Assembly (NCBI GenBank): GCA_963840375.1
Contig: CAWIYR010000001.1
Coordinates: 588,810-652,809 of the forward strand
Source of the DNA: an uncultured Chloroflexia bacterium
GTDB taxonomy: Bacteria > Chloroflexota > Limnocylindria > Limnocylindrales > CSP1-4
DNA: 64,000 nucleotides
Direction: 5' to 3'
The notes under the pieces were generated by a model. That model was not told where the DNA came from. It worked only from the letters and a program-made list of their open reading frames with translations, and ran no database searches. Below, in pieces: positions 58,318-64,000 of this stretch. Position numbers and translations under genes: made by a program. The stretch's first letter is position 1. The number at the start of each line of letters is the position of its first letter.

Positions 58318-59375
58318 GCGGGAACGGACCTCCCGGCGAGCAGCGCCGCGTAGACCCGCTCGTACTCGTCGGCCATCCGCTCGACCGAGAACCGCTCGAG
58401 GACCGAGGCGCGGATCCCGGCCCGGTCGAGCCCGCTCACCTCGGGGAGCCGCCGGGCGAGCGCCGCCACGCTGTCGTCGAGGATCCCGTCGAGACCGTCG
58501 CGGACGATCTCGGGGATGCCCCCGACCCGCCGTCCCACGATCGGGGTCCCGCAGGCCAGGGATTCGATCGCCACCAGGCCGAACGGCTCGGGCCAATCGC
58601 CGGGCATGAGCGTGGCGTGGCTCTCGGCGAAGAGGCGGTCGCGCTCGGCTGGGGCCAGCTCGCCGAGGAGCTCCACGTCGGCGTCCCTGGTGGCCGGCAG
58701 GAACCGGCCCTCGTAGTAGTCGAGCTCGAGGGCGCTCGCCGGCTCCTTGGCCGCCACCCGCAGCCGGCGTCCGGTCAGGCGGGCGATCTCGACCGCCTCG
58801 ACGGCGCCCTTCTCGGGCGACATCCGGCCGACGAAGCAGAGCTCGTCACCGGCCGCCGCCTGGAACGGCGCCCCGACCAGGGCCAGCCCGTTGTGCACCA
58901 CCCACCAGGACGGATCCGGATGGGCCGACGCCTGGGCTGCGCTGACCGCGCAGAGCCCGGCGGTCGTCCCGGCCAACAGCTCGGCGGCCCACGGTCGATC
59001 GAGCCGGCCGTGGAAGGTCGCGGCCACCGGGAGACGGGTCGCCCGGGCGAGGAGGAGTCCCGCGAACTCGAGGTGGGCGTGGACCAGGTCGAAGTCGGTC
59101 GCCCGGCGGAGAACGGCGTCGAGCGTGGCGACGAGCGACTGTGCCTCGTCGAGGAGGCGGCCGGCCGGGCGGAGCGCCCGCTCGACGGTCGGGACCAGCG
59201 GGACCTCCGAGGTCGAGTCCGCGCTGGCGAACAGGGTGACCCGGTGGCCGCGCCGCTGGAGCTCCCGGGCCAGCTCGTCGACGACCCGCTCGGTCCCGCC
59301 GTAGCCCGGCGGCGGGACCGCCTCGAGCGCCGGCGCGACCTGGGCGATCCGGAGGGATCCATCGATGGCCGTCAT
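58314..59375 (-). CDS. Glycosyltransferase family 4
   Basis: QVAP...VPPPGYGGTER, GRMSPEKG and EPFGLVAIESLACGTP motifs. Confidence 0.92.
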   Translation of the reverse strand: MTAIDGSLRIAQVAPALEAVPPPGYGGTERVVDELARELQRRGHRVTLFASADSTSEVPLVPTVERALRPAGRLLDEAQSLVATLDAVLRRATDFDLVHAHLEFAGLLLARATRLPVAATFHGRLDRPWAAELLAGTTAGLCAVSAAQASAHPDPSWWVVHNGLALVGAPFQAAAGDELCFVGRMSPEKGAVEAVEIARLTGRRLRVAAKEPASALELDYYEGRFLPATRDADVELLGELAPAERDRLFAESHATLMPGDWPEPFGLVAIESLACGTPIVGRRVGGIPEIVRDGLDGILDDSVAALARRLPEVSGLDRAGIRASVLERFSVERMADEYERVYAALLAGRSVPA

Positions 59376-59449
59376 CGGTCGAGTCTCCCACGTCGCCGGC
59401 GGACCCGTCGACGGCCTCCGATGTCCGACGCGCTCGAATCCTCGCCCGG

Positions 59450-62212
59450 TCAGGCTTGGAGTCGCTCGCGGAGCCGGGCCACCTGCTCGGTCAGCTCCGC
59501 CTCGCGCGCTCTGGCACCCTCGACCACGGTCGGCGGCGCCTTCGCGACGAAGGCCTCGCTCGCGAGCCTCGCCCGTGCGGCGTCGAGGAAGCCCTCGGCC
59601 TCGGCCAGCTCCCGCTCGAGCCGGGTCCGTTCCGCGACCTCCGCCGCCGGATCCGCCGTTCCGGCATCGACGATCGCCTCGAGGTCGCCGGCCACGACCG
59701 CCAGCGACCCCGCCCGTCCGGCGGCGAGGAGGGCCTCCCGGGACGCATGGAGATCCAGCGGTCGGAGACGGGTCATCCGCTCGATCGCGGGAGCCAGCAG
59801 CTCGACGGTCGGCAGGAGGTGCGCCGGGGCGTGGAGATGCCCGGGACGGACGACACCGGGCGCGATCCGGGCCGTCGAGCGGGCATTCCGGATCTCGGTG
59901 ATGAGGCCCCTGACCTGGTCCACGGCCGACGCCGTCCACTCGCCCGCGACATCGGACCGGGTCGCCGCCGCGGGCCAGTCGGCCACGATGAGCAGCTCCG
60001 GGTCGGCCGGGTCGTGGGGCGTCGCGGCCCAGATCGCCTCGGTCAGGTAGGGCAGGAACGGGTGGAGGAGTCGGAGCAGGGTGTCGAGCGCCTCGACCAG
60101 CGTCCACCACGTCGCCTCCCGGTCCTCGACCTGGAGCGACGGATCGGCGAGCCGGACCTTGGCGAACTCGAGGCCCCAGTCGCAGTAGTCGTTCCAGGCG
60201 GCCTCGTAGAGGAGGCGGGTCGCCTCGCCCAGGGCATACTCGGCCATCGCCAAGTCGACGGCATCGACGGTGGCCGCGATCCGGGAGCGCAACCAGCGAT
60301 CGCTCGGCCCGAGTCGCGCCGGGTCGGGCGTCCGGCGCGGGGCGTCGGCCGCCACCGAGGGCGGCCGGGCGCCGAGGACGAACCTGGCGGCATTCCAGAG
60401 CTTGTTCGCGAAGTTCCGGGCGTTCTCCAGCTTCTCCTCGCTGAACCGCTGGTCGTTCCCCGGCGACGTCCCGTTGATAAGGGCGAAGCGCAGGGCGTCG
60501 GCCCCGATCTCGTCGATCGCCTCGAGCGGGTCGACGACGTTGCCGGTCGTCTTGCTCATCTTCTTGCCACCGCCGTCCCGGACCAGGCCGTGGAGGTAGA
60601 CGACCTCGAACGGCGGCTCGCCGAGGAAGTGGATCCCGAGCATCATCATCCGGGCGACCCAGAAGAAGATGATGTCGTAGCCGGTCTCCATGACCGTGCC
60701 CGGGTAGTAGCGGCGCAGGTCCTCGGTGTCGTCCGGCCAGCCGAGGGTCGACCAGGGCCACAGCCCCGAGCTGAACCACGTGTCGAAGATGTCCGGGTCC
60801 TGCTCGAGCTCGGCAGCCGGTCGGCCGCACGTCTCGCAGGACGTCGGACCGTCGATCCGGTCGCTGACCGTGATGTGCCCGTCGGGGCAGTACCAGGCCG
60901 GGATCCGGTGGCCCCACCACAGCTGGCGGCTGACGTTCCAGTCACGGATCTCGGTGAGCCAGTGCTCCCAGACCTTCTCGAACCGGGCCGGCAGGATCCG
61001 GGTCCGGCCGGAGCGGGTGGCGGCCAGCGCCTGCTCCGCGAGCGGCTTCGTCCGGATGAACCACTGCGTCTTCAGCCGCGGCTCGATGACATCCTTCGAG
61101 CGCTGGCAGCGCCCGATGATCATCTCGTGGGGCTTCGCCGACTCCAAGTCGCCGCGGGCCCCGAGGTCGGCCACGATCCGGGCCCGCGCCTCGTAGCGGT
61201 CGAGACCCGCGTAGTCGCCGCCGACCGCGTTGACCCGGGCGTCGTCGTCGAGGACGGTGATCATCGGCAGGCCGTGGCGCAGACCCGTGGCGTGATCGTC
61301 GGCGTCGTGGGCCGGGGTGATCTTCACCGCCCCGGTCCCGAAGTCACGCTCCACGACCTCGTCGGCGATGACCGGGACGGCCCGGTCGACGAACGGGATG
61401 ACGACGGTCCGGCCGATCCAGTCGGCATACCGCGGGTCCTCGGGATGGACGGCCACCGCGACATCGCCGAGCAGGGTCTCGGGGCGGGTCGTGGCGATCG
61501 GGATCCAGCGCTCCGGATCCACCTGACCGGCGCCGTCGAGCAGGTGGTACCGGAGCGTCCAGAGGGTGCCGACCTCCGGCGTGGGGACCACCTCGAGATC
61601 GCTGATGCTCGTCTTGCATCCCGGGCACCAGTTGACGAGGGCCTCGGTCCGGTAGGCCAGCCCGTCGTGGTAGAGCCGGGCGAAGGCGGTCCGGACGGCC
61701 TTCGAGCTGACCTCGTCCATCGTGAACCGGGTCCGGCCCCAATCGAGCGACGAGCCGAAGCGGCGGCTCTGGCCGAGGATCGTGTCGCGCGTCTCGTCGA
61801 CGAAGGCCCACATCCGGGCCAGGTAGCGATCCCTCCCGAGCGAGAGGCGGTCCTCGCCCTCGGCGGCCAGGATCCGGTCGAGCACGACCTGGGCGGCGAT
61901 CGAGGCGTGGTCCAGTCCCGGCAGCCAGAGAGCCGGCCGACCCTGCATCCGGGCGTGGCGGACCATCGCGTCCTCGATGTCCGCCGTGAACGCGTGGCCG
62001 ATGTGCAGGGCGCCGGTCACGTTCGGCGGCGGCTGGACGATGACGAACGACGGCTTCGTCGGGTCCGCCCGGGATCCGGCACCGTCCGGGGCGAAGACGT
62101 CCGCGGCGAGCCAGCGCTCGTAGATCGCCGCCTCGACCTCGCCGGGAGCGTAGGCCTTGGCCAGCTCGTGTCGGTCCGCTCCGGGCGCCCCGGTCGTGTC
62201 GCTCATCGTCAT
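59450..62212 (-). CDS. valS: Valine--tRNA ligase
   Basis: PPPNVTGALHIGHA, WNVSRQLWWGHRIP, DTWFSS, DIIFFWVARM, KMSKT and a C-terminal coiled coil. Alternative start 62206. Confidence 0.98.
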   Translation of the reverse strand: MTMSDTTGAPGADRHELAKAYAPGEVEAAIYERWLAADVFAPDGAGSRADPTKPSFVIVQPPPNVTGALHIGHAFTADIEDAMVRHARMQGRPALWLPGLDHASIAAQVVLDRILAAEGEDRLSLGRDRYLARMWAFVDETRDTILGQSRRFGSSLDWGRTRFTMDEVSSKAVRTAFARLYHDGLAYRTEALVNWCPGCKTSISDLEVVPTPEVGTLWTLRYHLLDGAGQVDPERWIPIATTRPETLLGDVAVAVHPEDPRYADWIGRTVVIPFVDRAVPVIADEVVERDFGTGAVKITPAHDADDHATGLRHGLPMITVLDDDARVNAVGGDYAGLDRYEARARIVADLGARGDLESAKPHEMIIGRCQRSKDVIEPRLKTQWFIRTKPLAEQALAATRSGRTRILPARFEKVWEHWLTEIRDWNVSRQLWWGHRIPAWYCPDGHITVSDRIDGPTSCETCGRPAAELEQDPDIFDTWFSSGLWPWSTLGWPDDTEDLRRYYPGTVMETGYDIIFFWVARMMMLGIHFLGEPPFEVVYLHGLVRDGGGKKMSKTTGNVVDPLEAIDEIGADALRFALINGTSPGNDQRFSEEKLENARNFANKLWNAARFVLGARPPSVAADAPRRTPDPARLGPSDRWLRSRIAATVDAVDLAMAEYALGEATRLLYEAAWNDYCDWGLEFAKVRLADPSLQVEDREATWWTLVEALDTLLRLLHPFLPYLTEAIWAATPHDPADPELLIVADWPAAATRSDVAGEWTASAVDQVRGLITEIRNARSTARIAPGVVRPGHLHAPAHLLPTVELLAPAIERMTRLRPLDLHASREALLAAGRAGSLAVVAGDLEAIVDAGTADPAAEVAERTRLERELAEAEGFLDAARARLASEAFVAKAPPTVVEGARAREAELTEQVARLRERLQA

Positions 62213-62221
62213 CCTGCCTCT

Positions 62222-62458
62222 GAGAATTGAAACGCCCCGCTCGTCCAGCGGACGAACGGGGTCGTGGTACCACCTGCTGGTTCGAGCCCGGGCACCCGGC
62301 GGTCATCCCGTCCGGCTGTCTCCCGGCCTCCTCTCGACGCGCTATCGGGCGCCATCCGCGCGGCTCGCGAGCGACCTTCGCACCGGGGTACCCGCGCGGC
62401 TCGCACCGTCCCGCGCTCGCTTGGGGCCCTGTCGGGGCTACTCCTCTCGGTCCCTGCC
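62222..62458 (-). promoter_or_regulatory. T-box riboswitch (Val, GUC specifier) with attenuator hairpin
   Basis: Stem I elements GAGGAGUAG, AGCGAG, GGUGCGAG and GAAG-GUC-G-CUC (GUC at 62373-62375). T-box AGGUGGUACCACG at 62263-62275. Hairpin CCCCGUUCGUCC/GGACGAGCGGGG at 62235-62261. Promoter TGCTACACT at 62470-62478. Confidence 0.92.
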
Positions 62459-64000
62459 GTGAGGCCGGGAGTGTAGCACGTGCCGTCCCCGTGACCGCCC
62501 TGGCAGTGGGCCTCGCTCGGCGACCGCGATGATCCCCTCGTAGGGACGGAGCTCGACCGTCCGGGCCCCCGGGAGCATCCCGGGAGGGTCGAGATGCGTG
62601 CCGACGACCGGCCGCCAGCGCCCACCGTGGGTCGGTCGCGGAACGCGCGCGCTGCTCGGGCCGGGGCCGAACGCGACGAGGACCAGCACCTCGCCGCCTG
62701 GTCCGTGGCGTCGGTAGCCCAGCACGTTCGGGTCACCGGTACGGGCCAACGAGATCGCCCCGTCCTGCAGGGTCCGGAGCGATCGCCGGGCGGCCAGGAT
62801 CCGGCGGTACGCCGCCAGCACCGACCCTGGATCCCCGGATTCACTCGCGACGTTCCGGACGTCGGCGTCCGGTCCGAGGCGGAGCCAGGGTGTGCCCGTG
62901 GTGAAGCCCGCGCCGGGACCCGGTCCCCAGGGCATCGGGGTCCGCGCCGCCGACCGGTCCCACCAGTCGAAGCCGGGCGCGGCTCGCGAGGCCGGCGCGT
63001 CGATGCTCTCCTCGGGCGGGACCCGGACGTCGCCCAGACCCAATTCCTCCCCGTAGTACAGGAAGGGCGTGCCTCGGACGGTGAGGAGGACGAGGGCGGC
63101 CGCCCTCGCCACGGCATCCTGGACGTCGGGCATGGCCCCGAGCGGCCCGGCCAGTCTCGAGGCGTGACGCGGTCGATCGTGGTTCGAGAGGACCACCGTC
63201 GGCCACCGGGCGGGGCCGAAAGCCCGTTCGCGGCGTCGGATCGCCGCCCGGAAGGCCCGGGGCGACCAGGGGCGGGTCAGGAGCTCCCAGTCGAACACGA
63301 GGTGGCGATCCGTCGTCAGCGCGGCCGCGCCCTCGGTCGAACCCGCGAACAGCTCGCCCACCGACATCCGGTCCGCGGCCGCATCGACCATCCGCCGGAA
63401 CCGGGCCATGAGGTCGGGCAGGTCCGGCTGGTCGATGTCGAAGCGGTGTTCCTGGCGCGACCACGCCGAGTCTCCGCGACGTAGCGGATTGGAGGGCGTG
63501 GCCGGGTGCTTGAGGAACACGTTGAAGGTGTCGAGGCGGTAGCCGTCCACGCCCCGCTCGGTCCAACGGCGGACCATGTCGAACTGGGCCCGTTCGACGT
63601 CCGCGACCCGCCAGTCGAGCTCGGGCTGCTCGGGCAGGAACGTGTGGTGGTAGAACTGCCCACGCCCCGGGTCGTAGGTCCAGGCCGGCCCGCCGAACCA
63701 GGACACCCAGTTGTTCGGTGGCAACGGTCGGCCTCGGCGGTCGACGCCGGCCGGGTCGCGCCAGATGTACCAGTCGGCGTACGGACCGTCACGCGTGGCC
63801 CGCGAGGCGACGAACCACGGATGCTCGTCGCTCGTGTGGTTCATGACCAGGTCCAGGATCACCCGGATCCCGAGCCGATGGGCTTCCGCCACGAGGCGGT
63901 CGAAGTCCGCCTCGCGCCCGAAGCGGGGATCGATGGCCTCGTGGTCGCTGACGTCGTACCCCACGTCCCGGCCCGGAGACGGGTAGATCGGCGACAGCCA
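62438..64000 (-). CDS. GH13 alpha-amylase family alpha-glucosidase, 5' end outside window
   Basis: WLSPIYPSP..DVGYDVSD, DLVMNHTS, QPELDW, GVDGYRLD, VGE, SNHD, YYGEELG and RTPMPW motifs. Confidence 0.93.
   Translation of the reverse strand, partial: WLSPIYPSPGRDVGYDVSDHEAIDPRFGREADFDRLVAEAHRLGIRVILDLVMNHTSDEHPWFVASRATRDGPYADWYIWRDPAGVDRRGRPLPPNNWVSWFGGPAWTYDPGRGQFYHHTFLPEQPELDWRVADVERAQFDMVRRWTERGVDGYRLDTFNVFLKHPATPSNPLRRGDSAWSRQEHRFDIDQPDLPDLMARFRRMVDAAADRMSVGELFAGSTEGAAALTTDRHLVFDWELLTRPWSPRAFRAAIRRRERAFGPARWPTVVLSNHDRPRHASRLAGPLGAMPDVQDAVARAAALVLLTVRGTPFLYYGEELGLGDVRVPPEESIDAPASRAAPGFDWWDRSAARTPMPWGPGPGAGFTTGTPWLRLGPDADVRNVASESGDPGSVLAAYRRILAARRSLRTLQDGAISLARTGDPNVLGYRRHGPGGEVLVLVAFGPGPSSARVPRPTHGGRWRPVVGTHLDPPGMLPGARTVELRPYEGIIAVAERGPLPGRSRGRHVLHSRPHGRDREE

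Overview
This 64 kb window is very GC-rich (roughly 70-75% by eye) bacterial chromosome, gene-dense and mostly housekeeping. Gene content (T-box-controlled valS, fhaA-fhaB-rodA-pbpA, cyclase-STAND-TPR protein, many leaderless genes) suggests a monoderm such as Chloroflexota; this taxonomy is inference, not a database result. About 55 CDSs are supported, including trpB2, thpR, ppa, ftsH, an MrfAB-like helicase/exonuclease pair, ychF, murI, an agmatinase-family gene, a UvrD-PD-(D/E)XK fusion, rarA, VapBC, a serine biosynthesis operon, MoxR-DUF58-transglutaminase, glycogen/glucan enzymes and valS, plus one tRNA-Met(CAT). I see no CRISPR array, rRNA, integrase or transposase. I found no clearly novel system. 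The best leads are: (1) a Zn-finger-rich unknown cluster at 51.8-56.0 kb, including a FYVE-spaced Cys8 protein divergent from an FHA-RodA-PBP operon that lacks its usual kinase and phosphatase; (2) a stand-alone DnaB C-terminal-domain ATPase; (3) a YvlD/holin-like-ABC1 kinase fusion; (4) a serine operon whose phosphatase has no canonical start codon; (5) pervasive leaderless promoters. A valS T-box with a GUC specifier and an SOS-like box before mrfAB are readable directly from the DNA. Two genes carry single frameshifts, which may be assembly errors. Most long ORFs in the supplied track are antisense or shadow ORFs caused by high GC.
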